Positions 35,090 through 47,291 of a stretch of DNA of 64,000 nucleotides are shown here, piece by piece (the stretch's first letter is position 1; the number at the start of each line of letters is the position of its first letter). The notes beneath the pieces are model-generated. The model ran no database searches. It saw nothing but the letters and a program-made list of their open reading frames with translations, and was not told the DNA's origin. Source of the stretch: Prorocentrum cordatum (lineage: Eukaryota); contig CAUYUJ010000143.1 of assembly GCA_963575745.1 (NCBI GenBank), positions 1-64,000 on the forward strand, written 5' to 3'. Made by a program: the position numbers and the translations under genes.

Positions 35090-36982
35090 CTGGGACAGCA
35101 GAGAAGCCGTCCTTCAAGCACATGAGGACCCTCCGCCGGCCCGAAAACTGGAGAAGGCTCGAGGCGGCCCTCCCCCAGGCTGCACAGGAACGTCCAGCGC
35201 ACGCGACGAGCGCTGAGCAGGGCACCATCCCCGCACCCACCTCGATCCGAGCCCTCGGTCCGACTGCAGGAGCCTCTGGAGGCCCGAGAGGCCCCCGCGG
35301 AGGGCGGCCCGAGCCGCTCGCTCCGTGGGGCCACGCCGAGGCCGCACCGCCTCACCACCACGGCCCTCCTCCAAGCGCTCGGCTCCCGGGCCGTGCCTCG
35401 AGTCCCCGGCGGCCGTTCGTCGGGAGCGGCCAAGAGGGGGGTGGCCAAGAGGGGGGTGTCCAAGAGGGGGGGGTGCAGACCATGACCGGCGGCATGTGCG
35501 CGGCCCAGCGGGGGGGCCTGGGACGTAATGGAATAAGAAGAGGCGCCATGAGATCTGGGGAATTATCATGGCCCGCGCCATGATATCCACCCCCCCTAGT
35601 CATCACCCCCCTCTTTTCCGCCCCCGAATTCGGGACGATCCCGGCCCAACCCGGAACGCACTGGTCGAGGCGCAGCTGCTGGAGCGCAACCCGAGGCACG
35701 CAGTCTCCCACGAGCCTTCGAGCACGCCCGAAACACCTGTGACCCCACCGACTACGGTGTTTGGAGAAAGAAATACTGCATGATCATAAACGTTCGGAGC
35801 TCCGCGCGAATTTCTTGGATCTGCGCTGGACCCCCCTCCCTGGCGCGCGGAGCGCGCCAGGGGCGGCACCGGAGGCGCCGATCCAAGAAGTCCGCGCGGC
35901 ACTCCGAAAATTCATGCTGTTGTTCTTCGAAGGGTATTACCGCGCCGCTTGGGGGCCACTGGTATCCTGCTGCGCCGGGTTCCCCACGCTGCCCCGGAAG
36001 ATGGACACCGACGGCGGGTGCGGCGGCGGCTGTGGCTCCACGTCGGGCTGCCCCGCCTGGTGCCTACCCCACGGCGGGAACGGAGGGCGCTCCTCGTGGA
36101 GACAGAAGGAGGGGTGAGGAGGGGAAGGAGGAGGAGGAGGAGGAGGAGGAGGAGGAGGAGGAGGAGGAGGGAGGAGGAGGAGGAGGGAGGCGGGAGGAGG
36201 GAGGAGGGAGGAGGGAGGAGGGAGGAGGGAGGAGGGAGGAGGAGGGAGGAGGAGGGAGGAGGAGGAGGAGGAGGAGACGAGGAGGAGGAGGAGGAGAAGG
36301 AGGAGGAGGAGGAGGAGGAGGAGGAGGAGGAGAAGGAGGAGGAGGAGGGAGGAGGGAGGAGGGAGGAAGAGGGAGGAGGAGGAGGAGGAGGAGGAGGAGG
36401 AGGAGGAGGCTTGGAGGAGCACCTGGACTTCTCGTCCTCGCCCTCTGCCCCTTCGCCTTCGCCTCCCTTCAGGGCGTCGTTGGGGGGGGCGGGGGGGATA
36501 AAGCTCCGGGGATGTGGTTCGAGGCTTGAGGCCTTCAAGCGTTTTCGTTGGTGCTCGGCAGTCTCCCGGACCTGGACTGCTCTCCAGCAGCTGCGCCTGG
36601 CCGAAAACGTTCGAAGGGTGTACCTGGACCGTCTCGCACGGACGCCTAGGGCCCGAGGTACGGCCCGACAACCAACAGGCCCAAGATGAGGGGCAGAAGG
36701 AGCTGGGGGAGGGAAAGGACGAGGAAGGAACGAGTGCATTCCTTCGGCGGCGAGCGAGGGGGGGAAGTGAGAGGCAGAAGGCCTTCTCAGAAGGCGGCGG
36801 GACCTCTCGGAAGCCCTCGCGCCTTCTGAGAAGCTTTCTCTGTCTTCGGGGACGGCAAAGAAAACTGCTCAGAAGGCCGGGCAACTTCCGAGCCTTCTGA
36901 GAAGGCCCGCCCCTTGTCACTTCCCCCCTGGGCTCGCCGCCGAAAAGATGCGGAAGATGACAAGAAATGAACGATTGCATTC

Positions 36983-37507
36983 CTGGCTGCAGTCGGTGTC
37001 TGGCTGCATCGCGTGCAGCGTCAACTGCGCGTTCGTTGTGTACTCTAGGGTTCGATGGAACCGCCTGCCGTGGCTGGTCATCGTGAAAACCTGGACCATG
37101 CCATATGCCCTGTACAGCACCACTTCCTTCCACTTCCTCCTGGATTGCTGCAGATGCGCACCTACCAACACCGCTACATGGGCATCCTTGTCCAGGGTCT
37201 CCTGGTCCGGGTCGGCAAAGAAAAATGTGACGTCCTGTGGAGGGTTGCCGATATTCACAAAGAAACTATTGCGCACTGGCTCGAACAAATCCGCAACCCA
37301 CGTTTCAGACGGTTCAAGCTCTTCAGGGTCGTACACGTCACCTGCGTTCAGCATGGGCAACCGCTGGTCAGGAACCCATGCGTGCAGCAGATAACCCTCA
37401 GCTGCAACGTAGCGGTCCTGTCGAAACTGGTACGAGCCTCGCACCTCGCACTGAATAGCACCGCGGCCATCAGTGTTGATCATCTGACACACGTCGCGGT
37501 CTCGCGA
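36983..37507 (-). CDS. Host gene coding segment (SRDRDVCQMINTDG...HGRRFHRTLEYTTNAQLTLHAMQPDTDCSQ)
   Basis: 175 open codons with a probable CAG|GA donor. The start is 37507 (precise excision) or 37483 (canonical AG). Confidence 0.85.
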
Positions 37508-37510
37508 AAT

Positions 37511-38492
37511 CCCACCAGCCCTCTGGGCGTAGGTGGTCTAGAGCAGATCCTCTTCCACCCCTCCCTCTTCCCCCTTGGGGAGGGGTTTACCCCTCCCCCT
37601 ACCCCCTCCCCTGGACCTGGACGGGGGGGGCCGCGGGTAGTTAGAGCGTCCCAGATGGCCCAAGACGGCTCCAAGAGCGCCTCAGAGAACCCAAGATGAG
37701 CTCCAAGATGGCTCAAGATAGCGCAAGATCGCTCGAGATGGCTCCTAAGATGGTTCCAAGAAGCCCAAAGACGGCCCCAAGATAACTCCAAGTGGCCAAA
37801 CAGCTCCCCAAGGAGGCCCCGAAGAGGCCAAAATCGTCCCAAAACCTAAGGAAAATCAATGATTTTTGCTTTCTCGCCTTTTCGCTTCCGATGGCCATCC
37901 GAGGCCTGGAGATGGTTCCAAGATGGCCCAAGAGGGCCCCAAGAGAGCCCCAAAAGAGCCCCAAGACGGCCCCAAGAGCGCCCAAGAGCACTCCAAGAGC
38001 GTTCCAAGAGGGGTCCAAGAGGCGATTTTAGGGGCTTCCGAGGGGGGACGCTAATTAAACCCCCCCTCTTGTTTGATCGATCTCCTCCAAGATGGCCCCA
38101 AGAAGCGCCCAGGAAGCCCCAAGAGGTCCCAAGATGGCCCCAAAATGGCCCCAAGAGGCCCCCAAGAGGCCCCCCGGAGGCCCCCAAGAGACCCCCAAGA
38201 GGCCCCAAGAGCCCCCCCAGATGCACCCAAGATGCTCCAAGAGGCCTCGGCGAGAATGCCTAATCATTGATTCTACACAGGTTTTAGCCACATGGAGGCC
38301 TCTTGGGGGGGGGCACGGATTAAGATGACTCCAAGAGCGTCTGGGAGAGCCCAAAATGACCTCCAAGATGGCTCAAGATATCCCAAGATGTCTCATAATG
38401 GCTTCCTCTGTGTGCTGCCCACTTCTCTGATCGAGGCAATTCCTCTGGGCATCGTTTCTGGATGGGCTGGTGGGGATTCGCGAAGCGACAAC
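37511..38492 (+). mobile_element. ~1-kb CCAAGA-rich element inserted in coding sequence
   Basis: Ends CCCACCAGCCC and (subterminal) GGGCTGGTGGG, AAT on both flanks. Homologous to 40028-41134. Confidence 0.85.
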
Positions 38493-39164
38493 AATGAAAT
38501 CCTCCAATGCGCGGAAGAAATTGCCTTTCACTTTCAGAGTGAACGTCTGGCAGTTTACCTCGACGATGATCCGCCGCTCCAACTGTTTCAGGTCCACTAT
38601 CGGCACGTGGCCATTGCTTGCTGTCTGCTTGGCCCATTCCTCGCCCTGGAGCTCCGCCACGTCGGCTTCACTCTGGTACGACTCTCTCATACCGAGAGCC
38701 ACGAACCTGCCCTGGTCCTCCGGGTCCTGCGCCTTGCACCAAATCAACTCCGTGAAATGCAGGAGCGGCTTACGGGTCGCTAGCTTGTATACAGTGTCCA
38801 GAACGCCACCAAACTCCTGATAAGACCTGTCTTTGTGCTCCATCCACTCGATGAGTGGGCGCCGCAATGAGCCCATGATTTCGTATACCTCTGGGTCCGG
38901 GATTGCCGTCGGTTTTTGGTTCCACGTGTGCCGGACTACCAGGAACATGAAAGAGGACAACACATCGATGGCGACTTGTGTCGAGACCTTTTTGGCGTGC
39001 CGCAAAAGAAGCAAGCGGTGAGCATGGAAATTGCATGCCAGTCTGGCCTGCCTGTTGAGGGCCGGCTCGACAGTGGGAGGAGGGCTCAGGCCGCTGGTGG
39101 CCTTCCAGCCCGTGGCCGGCGGCGTGGGCGTCAGGTCGGCCGACATGTACAGTTGCGCGTTGTC
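38493..39164 (-). CDS. Host gene exon (DNAQLYMSAD...FFRALEDFI)
   Basis: 224 open codons, AAG|G acceptor, ATT|GT donor. Confidence 0.88.
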
Positions 39165-39669
<505 letters not shown>

Positions 39670-39945
39670 CTTGTAGCCCTTCTTGTGAAAGCTCCATTCC
39701 CCCTCCGCGGCCAGCTGCAGAGTGCACGTGTCGCTGCTCGCGCCGCGCTTCACATACATCCCCTGCGCCTCCTTCACGTACGTCCCGTTCAGCTGCGACT
39801 CGCCAGCTCCCGACACGAAGACATGTCCGGCCTCCTCTGCCACGCCCGCTTCTTGCTCTGCAATCCGCTCCGCGACCACGTGAATCCAGTCCTCCAGCAT
39901 CGTGAAAGCCTTGCGGCGCAAGTGGGTCCGTAGCAAGTTCACAGC
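39670..39945 (-). CDS. Host gene exon (AVNLLRTHL...HKKGYK)
   Basis: 92 codons, phase 0, CAG|G acceptor, AAG|GA donor. Confidence 0.88.
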
Positions 39946-39948
39946 CTG

Positions 39949-41257
39949 TCGGGGACGCAATAAGCTGGGTCCGCCCAAACCTGGGTCGGCCAGGACCCTT
40001 CCGCGAAGCCCAGCTGGCCGCCTAGTACTCCCACCAGTCCTCTGGGCGTCGGTGGTTTAGGGAGTTTCCTCTTCCACCCCTCCTTCTCCCTTCGGGGAGG
40101 GGTTTACCCCTCCCCCTACCCCCTCCCCATGGACCTGGACAGGGGGTTTCGCGAGTCGTCGGAGCGTCCAAAAAGGCCTCGGCGAGGAAGCCAAACTCAT
40201 TGAGTTTACTAGGGTTTTGGCCCCATTCTGGCCTCCTGGGGGGGGGAGGCTCTAATTAGTACCCCCTCTCCCCTCCTGTGATCGATCTCACCCAAGATGG
40301 CCCAAAGATGGCCCCCAAGACTCCCAAGGGTGCCCCAAGAGGGCCCCAAGAGGTGGCCAGGAAGCCCCAAGAGGCCCCCAGGAGGCCCCCAGGATGCCCC
40401 CAAGAGGCTCCCAAGAGACCTCCAAGAGACCTCCAAGAGACCCCAAGAGGCCCCCCAGAGGCACCCAAGACGCTCCAAGAGACGTCGGCGACAATGCCGA
40501 AATCGCTGATTTGACTAAGGTTTTGGCCACATTTGGGCCTCCTGGGGGGGGCACTGCTTCAGATGACTCCAAGAGCGCCTGGGAGAGCCAAAGATGATCT
40601 CCAAGATGGCTCAAGATACCCCAAGATGCCTCAAGATGGCGCCAACGATGCTCCAAGAGGCCCCAAGACCGCTCCAAGACGGCTCCAAGGGGCCACAGAG
40701 CTCCCCCAGGAGGCCCCGAAGAGGCCAAAGTCCTCCCAAAACCGTCCAGAGGAAAAACCATGTTTTTGGCTTTCTCGCCGAGGCCTCAAGATGGCTCCAA
40801 GATGGCCCAAGAGGGCTCCAAGAGCGCTCCCAAGGCTCCCAAGAGCGCTTCAACAGGGCCCCAAGAGGCGTCCAGGAGGCCCCAGGAGGCCCCAACAGGC
40901 GCCCAAGAGGCCTCCAAGAGGCTCCCCAGAGACCCCCAAGGGGCCCCAAGAAGCTCTCCGAGGCACCCAAGACGCTCTAAGAGGCGTCTGGGACCGCCAA
41001 GAGGCCCCCAAGAAGCTCCAAGAAGCCTCCACTGGGGGACCCTTCCTGTGTGCTGCCCGCTTCCCTGATCGAGGCAATTCCTCTGGGCATCGTTTCTGGA
41101 TGGGCTGGTGGGGATTCGCGAAGCGTTAGCAATTCCCAAACCCGCGTCAGCGAAGGGCGGAAAACGGAAATCGGCCCCCCGTTGTGCCCAAACCCGGGTC
41201 AGCCAGAGGAGATTGGCTGACCAATATGAGCACTGACCCCCGCTGCGTGAGCCCCGA
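39949..41257. mobile_element. MITE family B acting as an Introner (fills GC-AG intron 39946-41259), with a nested CCAAGA element
   Basis: TCGGGG...CCCCGA flanked by a perfect GCCTG TSD (39944-39948 and 41258-41262). Confidence 0.85.
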
Positions 41258-41259
41258 GC

Positions 41260-41981
41260 CTGGACCATGTCCCTGACAGCCTCCGGCGTCAGAAGCTGCC
41301 TGTCGAGCACGTGCAGGTCCTTCTTCTTCACGGACGGGTGCCTGTCGTGCGCCACCTCCACCAGGAAGTGGGCGTAGCTCTCGACCCGGGAGGCCAGCCG
41401 CACCGAGAAGAGCACCAGGTCGACGGTGGAGCCCTCGGGGTCGCCCGTGTTCAGGCTCAGGGCCTGGTCGAGCAGCTCGCACACCATCTTCGCCAGGGCC
41501 AGCGGCGCGAAGCACACCTCGTTGACGAGCAGGCCGAACTGCGTGCCCATGAGTTCGGGCTGGCTGCACGGCACGTCGACTGGGTCGGGCGCCCACCTCG
41601 GGGTGTAGGCGGAGGGCTCCAAGAGCGAGGCCTGCACGCACTCCTGCAGCTCCATGTGCCTGAGCGAGTGGATGCGGTTCTGCTTCACGAAGAAGTTCAT
41701 GACCAGAGGGATCCTCAGGTACGGCACCGTGAGGTAAGATGCCAGCGACTCCACATCCGCCTGTCCGAGCAGTTGGTCGAAGTCAGGGAGACTGGGGACA
41801 TGCAATATGTCGTCTTCCGTCCACACGCGCGCTCCCGCAAGCACCGACGGCTGAGACTTGCTTGGGTACCTCCTCGTAGGGTCGCAAGGTCGGATGGGGA
41901 GAATCTGTTTGCCAAAGGCAGCCACGGTGTAACACTGATTCTGCGGGTCGAATTCCCACTGGAGACGTCCATCCTGATCCG
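41260..41981 (-). CDS. Host gene exon (DGRLQWEF...TEDDILHVPSLPDF...SYLTVPYLRIPLVMNFF...RDMVQ)
   Basis: About 240 open codons with a CAG|GC donor. The acceptor is 41981 (phase 1) or 41973 (phase 0). Confidence 0.9.
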
Positions 41982-42209
41982 CTCGTGCCATCAGCACGTT
42001 GGGGCGTTTCAGACTGCCTGCTAGCTGTCTGGTACGACTGCTGTAACTGTCCAAGGGCGCCGTCTCTTAGAATGCACTACCTGCACGGAGCTCCCAGCAC
42101 GGCCCTGGGGTGCCAACGCACATGAAAGCAATGTGCGTTGTTGTGCTCTTGCTTCGAACGCCATCCTGCCCAAGATTGCTTGAATACTGCCTCAGACCCC
42201 CCTGGCCCA

Positions 42210-42379
42210 TCGGGGATCTACTAATCCGGGCCAATCCAGACAAGGGTCAATCAGGCCTTGCAAGGTCATGCAAGATTCCGCAAAATCCTCTACGCAAGCC
42301 CGGGTCAGTGCAACCCTGGCCCTGCAGGGTCCCGCAAGATCCGGCGCTCTGACCGACCCCCGTTTGCATGGGCCCCCGT
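42210..42379. mobile_element. MITE family B, older intronic copy
   Basis: TCGGGGATC...CCCCGT; flanks GCCCA/CTCCA match at 3 of 5 positions. Confidence 0.7.
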
Positions 42380-42813
42380 CTCCAGAACCCCGACGTCATG
42401 ATTTGTTCATACCCTGACCTTCCAGAGACCTATTTTTTAGCACCACTGGAGACCTAAAAACCTAAAAAACTGAGCGAAACAGCCTAAAGCCAAGACGTAG
42501 AACAGCCTTGGGATAGGTGTTTAAGTCGCGTGCTATTTTTTAGCCCTCTTGGAAGGTCAGGGTTGTTCATAGCGTCGACCCCTAGAGGTCCCGACCCACT
42601 CCCCGGGACGGGTTCCTCGGCCTGTATAATTTGTTTGGCGCTCCCGAGGCCCGGCGAGGGCCCCCACGGAGGCCGAACATAGCGAACACCTCCCGCCGTG
42701 GCTTCTTCACGACCCGAGGGGGCCTGGGTTGAAGTCGGGCCTGTCCCCCTAGAGGGGGATTTTCGACGAAACCCGCCGTGGCTTCTTCACGACCCGAGGG
42801 GGCCTGGGTTGAA

Positions 42814-42997
42814 GTCGGGCCTGTCCCCCTAGAGGGGGATTTTCGACGAAAAATAAAAAATCCACCAGAATAGTCAAACAATAATCCAAAAATAGTCTGG
42901 AGACCATTTTCTGCGCATTTTTTGACATTTTTGGAATATGTTTGGGGTATTTTTCATTTTTCGTCGACAATCCCCCTGTAGGGGGACAGGCCCGGCC
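42814..42997. mobile_element. MITE family C, copy 2
   Basis: TIRs as at 11632-11885. The left junction is duplicated in tandem (79 bp). Confidence 0.8.
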
Positions 42998-43015
42998 CAG
43001 CTTTCGTCGGCAGCT

Positions 43016-43180
43016 GAAGGGGCCCCAGGACACACAAATGAGCACACACAAATAAAACGATCCCCAATAGTTTCCCCATATTTTGGGTTTTTTTTCGCCT
43101 TCCCCCCCACTTCCCATATTTTCCCATATTTTCTGGGGAATCGCCGATTCATTGTGTCTGTGTGTTTTTTTCCCTTCCTG
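43016..43180 (+). repeat. ~160-bp dispersed repeat family E (also 51170-51329, 55091-55251, 56716-56876)
   Basis: GGCCC[CT][AG]GGACACACA.AT.A..ACACACAAATAAAA...CCCCCCACTTCCCATATTTT...ATTGTGTCTGTGTG...CCTCCTG. Confidence 0.9.
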
Positions 43181-44160
43181 TGGGCAGCGCCGGCGACCGC
43201 GGGCGCGCCCGTGCGGAACCCGGCGGGCCGCGCCGGGCACGGCGCGCACGGGGGCGGGCGGCAGAGCAGAGGACGGCCGCGGAGGCGGCAGGAGGGGAGG
43301 GGCCCGGCCGCCAACACTTTTTTAGTCTGCGGGTCGGGAGCGGGCCCCTTCCGGTCAAGGGCTAAACGGGGCGCGGGTAGCTCTAATCGGGGAGACAGGG
43401 CACAGGCAGGCGGGGCCTCAGGCGGCCGGAGGGCTCAGAAAACAGGCGGCGCCGAAGATCTTGCACAGGACAAGGTGCGCCATGGCCCGGCCGCCAACGC
43501 ACGCCCCCGATGCGGCCCAGAGACTACCCCGGGCACGCCCGACTAGACGTCGGTCAGAAGAGTTCGTGGCCCCACAGGGAGTCCAGCGATTAGACGTCGG
43601 TCAGAAGAGTTCGTGGCCCCACAGGGAGCCCAGCGAAGGTTCCAGGTCCTACTGGCAGGGTCCACGTGGCGGCGCCGCCCCATGTGGGCGCAGCCCTCAC
43701 TCGGTTCGTGGCTGCATATGGTTGGGTCCTTCGTCAGGCTAATTTTCGGGGCGACTCTGGCCCCAACTTGCGCCCCAAAGAGCGGCCCACACCGGCCCCG
43801 ATGTCGACCCAGTGTCGACGATGTTCCGATCTGGTTCGGCCCCCGGGCGGGGACGCTCTCGCTTGGGCCATCTAGAAGCTTCTATCCTGGCTCCTTTCGG
43901 AACCCTTTTCGGGACCTCCTGAAGACCTTGTTGGCGCGTTTTGGGCCGACTTCGGGCAGTCTTGGGCTTATGTTGGGCAGTGGTGTGGCTATTTCTCGCC
44001 TCCTGGAAATCCATCGTCCATATCACTGATCTGGTGGTAATGATGACGGACACCAGTCAGCTACACGGTATACCTGAGCCCACTCGGCGATGGGATGGAG
44101 AAGAAGTGGAGCGCAGGAATAAGTACAATACGCAGACACACACACACACACACACCGACG

Positions 44161-44196
<36 letters not shown>

Positions 44197-44211
44197 CACA
44201 CAAACACTGAA

Positions 44212-44242
<31 letters not shown>

Positions 44243-44621
44243 CGCACGAACATACACACACACACACACACACACTCTCACACACACCCATACACATACG
44301 CACGCACGCACTCTGGAATGGGCAGGCGGCGAATGCGAAGCGTCTCGAACCAGAAGGGCCTGATAACGGCAGCGAAATGACAGTCAGCCAGGCACTTCTT
44401 CCCGAAAGAAACGAAGTCTACGCCAAAAGAAATCTCAAACAAATCACCCAACGCCGCAACAACCATGCAAGGTTGCGGCCATGATCCGTTACACCATTGT
44501 GGCGCTGCCTTCCAGCCTGCCAAAAGACAGATTTACCGAGCCTTTCGGGGGGGGCTCGGTGGAACCATCCCGAATGTGCTTCGGTGCTGCGCTGGACAGT
44601 GGCAGTGTCGGCCGCAGGCAC

Positions 44622-46494
44622 CTGGATACTGATAGTTCTTCAGCTTCGGGAAGTTCCTATTCTCGGTAACCATCATGTACTTCCACAGAAGCGTTATATC
44701 TCGCCACGCGCCATATTCAGGGCAATATTCGACAGTGTAGGAGTCAAGCATCGCCGACCCTTGGGTGGTCCTGTACAGGTGCTTCTGTATCCTCTTGGCG
44801 AACTCTTCACCAACCTGATCTGGAGCCTGCATCGACCATTGGCCCTCCTCCCAGCTCCACATTGTGTTCTTGATATGCAATTCGTCAAAATATGCGATGA
44901 TGTTGGCACGGGCGACGCACAAGTCTGGGGATGGGATTTCTATCGTTTCTGTTTGCTTCGCGAAGCAGTGGTGGGATATGCCAAAATGATCTGGCTTCTC
45001 CCCCAATGCGGGCGCAACAAGCGACCGCTCAAGATCATCTGGAGGCCGCCGGAGCACGGCGTCTATCATGGCACACATCGCCCCTAAAGTAATGATGCGC
45101 GTTGTCTCAAACTCGCGCCCGCCAGCTATAGAAAATGCGGATGTACAATATATCGTCGCTATTCGCTGCAATGTCAGGCAAAGGTCAACTTGCAACTTCA
45201 GAGTCATGACTCCAGTACCCCACACGTCCAGGAACTGACGCTTGGCTAACGACTCTGGCCCCACCGGAATTGGAAGAACTCTGGCAAACACATCGGTGAC
45301 GAGGGCACATTTCTGGTAGTGGAACCCCGTATCTCTCATGTTGTCCAGGCGGGCGCATAGCACCTCGCATGTTTTCACGGTGTGCCAGATCGAGCGCACT
45401 GCTTGATCGTGAACGGCGCTCACGCGCTCGGGGCCATCGCCAGACACGTGCGTCACACAGCCCAGCTCCCTGACCTCCCTGGGGATGCTCAGGAAGTTCA
45501 CTGCGGGCTGCTGCCGCTCATCCGTCTCCGCGCCCTCCAGGTTGGATATGTCTTGGCGGACGAAGTACTCGAAGAAGGGGAACATGTCCCAGTCGTCCGC
45601 CGAGCGGCCGTCGCCGCAGCCTTCGCCGTGGTCGACGGCTGGGATGGCGCCGCGCGCGGGCTCGGCACTGGCCGCCGGAGGTGCTCGCGGCACGGAGGTG
45701 TGCGGCGTGTCGCCGTTCGCGACGAGGTCCAAGAGGGGCGGGGCCGTCCGCTCGAGGCCACCGCCCCTTCTCAGCTGGGCGTCGCTCATGAGCTCGCGAA
45801 GAGCCCGCATCCTCTCCAGCGTCCGCTGGGGGTACTCCGCTCTCTTGCGGCCCGTTGTCAAGGCTCCATCCTCATCCTGGCAGCCCTTTGCAGTGGCAAG
45901 GGCCAGCTGCTGCAGAATCATCGAGATGAGCTGGGACTCCTGTGGGGAGAGCCGGACACAGTGGCGGAGGTCGTGCTCGATGAAGGAGACGAAGACCTCG
46001 CGCAGTCTCAGGGAAAAGAGCTTCGCCCGAGGGCGCGACCACCCGTGCTGCACGCGCAGGAGGTAGTGGAAAGTCTCGAGGTAGAGCCTGTGGAAACAGG
46101 CGTCAAAAGGCGTGCGGAAGTCAGTGTCCACCACCTTCTGCGACTTCGCCAGCGCGCACTCCAGCTGCTCCTGGGCCAGCCAAGGCAGGAGGAACTCGTA
46201 GATCTTGGACGGGTCCTGCGTCTTTTTTGTCATTGGGACCGTGAACAAGAAAAGCCACCACGCTTCGTCGTGAATGCGCTCGGCGGGGATGTCATCCAGC
46301 ACCATAACTGTTTTGCACTTCTGCTTTGGGTGCACCCTCGACGTCTTCACGTGAAACTCGCGGCCAATGCCAGTGTTGCAGAGAGCCACCCTCCAGCAGT
46401 CGCTGGCCTTCAGCTCGAGGATGAGGAACACAAACTCTGGCTCGTCCTGCCTTGGATTATTCCATGGAACAGGCACCACCATGGTGTCCCCCTC
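44622..46494 (-). CDS. Largest host gene exon (~624 codons; EGDTMVVPVPW...NFPKLKNYQYP); large protein of unknown function
   Basis: Core of the 679-aa ORF with globular composition, AAG|G acceptor and CAG|GTG donor. Confidence 0.92.
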
Positions 46495-46498
46495 CTTG

Positions 46499-46709
46499 GA
46501 GGCCGCCGAAATGGGGCCAGAGTTCATGGGGCCGGAGGATCGCACCTGATCGCCGATGCTTCGCGGATGCACCAGCGACGTCGGAATGGGGAGAAAAAAT
46601 CAGGATCCAGATGACGCCGCACCGCTGTTGCCGCACCGCCGATGCACCAGCGAGGCAGTGCGACCCTCTCTTCGGCCCCCGGAGGTCCCGGGATGCCTCG
46701 GGAGCCCTC
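46499..46709. mobile_element. MITE family D copy abutting the splice acceptor of the large exon
   Basis: GAGGCCGCCGA...TCGGGAGCCCTC with TTG on both flanks. Confidence 0.65.
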
Positions 46710-46778
46710 TTGGAGGCCCACGAGGCGGCGGGAGCAGCCCCAGCCAGAGGAGGGATGCCGAACGCGGGCAGGAAGCTG

Positions 46779-46918
46779 CGGAGGCCCGCGCGGATGTCTT
46801 GCGTCGGCGCTGGACCCCCCTCCCCAGAGCGCGGAGCGCGCCAGTGGCAGCGCCGCAGGCAGGCGGCCCCCAGGGGGGGGGGCCGAGCGCCGGTCCAAGA
46901 AATCCGCGCGAGCCTCCG
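46779..46918. mobile_element. Palindromic MITE family F (also ~26182-26312, 35793-35909, 48402-48536, 52061-52255)
   Basis: Inverted arms CGGAGG.CCGCGCGGATTTCT / AGAAATCCGCGCGG.CCTCCG. Confidence 0.85.
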
Positions 46919-46955
46919 AACGCTTCTGCTCACGTTGGGCTTCCTGCAGCGATTG

Positions 46956-47291
46956 TGGGGGGCCACATGCGAACCCTACCTAAAACGACGCGAAGATCGG
47001 GACAAAATCGGATCGGGATAACTCAAAATCTCTGAGAATCGGCGGGTTTGGAGGATGTATTGGGCGCCGCGGCCGCCCCAGAGCGTTCCGGAACGCTCTG
47101 AGAGCGCTCCGGAACGCTCTGGAGCGATTTATCCCGATCCTAGCCCTGTTTTACTACCCCTGTCCCCCACGATTTCTGAGGGGGTGGGTGGGGTTCACTT
47201 CGTTCGGGAGCTCCCGAGCGAAGCGAGCCCCACCCTCCCCCATCTGAAACCGTGGGGGTAATTAGGGGCAGGGTTCGCATGGGCCCCCCCA
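46956..47291. mobile_element. MITE with 5-bp TSD GATTG
   Basis: TIR TGGGGGGCCACATGCGAACCCT / AGGGTTCGCATGGGCCCCCCCA, with GATTG on both flanks. Confidence 0.85.

Noticed and set aside
37700..37720. TGGCTCAAG as a relict dinoflagellate spliced leader
   Set aside because: Only the last 9 nt match, and they lie within CCAAGATGG subrepeats; CCGTAGCCATTT is absent.
43543..43628. 38-bp direct repeat pair as a mini-CRISPR
   Set aside because: There are only two copies about 10 bp apart, which is a simple local duplication.
45382..46614. 410-aa plus-strand ORF (also 28846-30498, 41311-42024 and 14831-16318)
   Set aside because: These are antisense shadows of high-GC3 coding sequence on the opposite strand.
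46495..46775. Family D MITE as a GA-AG Introner joining ...RRLVGLQ to EGDT...
   Set aside because: With the apparent TTG duplication, this splice removes one base more than the insertion, so it is not a clean Introner. It is more likely a MITE landing 4 nt from an existing acceptor; not fully excluded.
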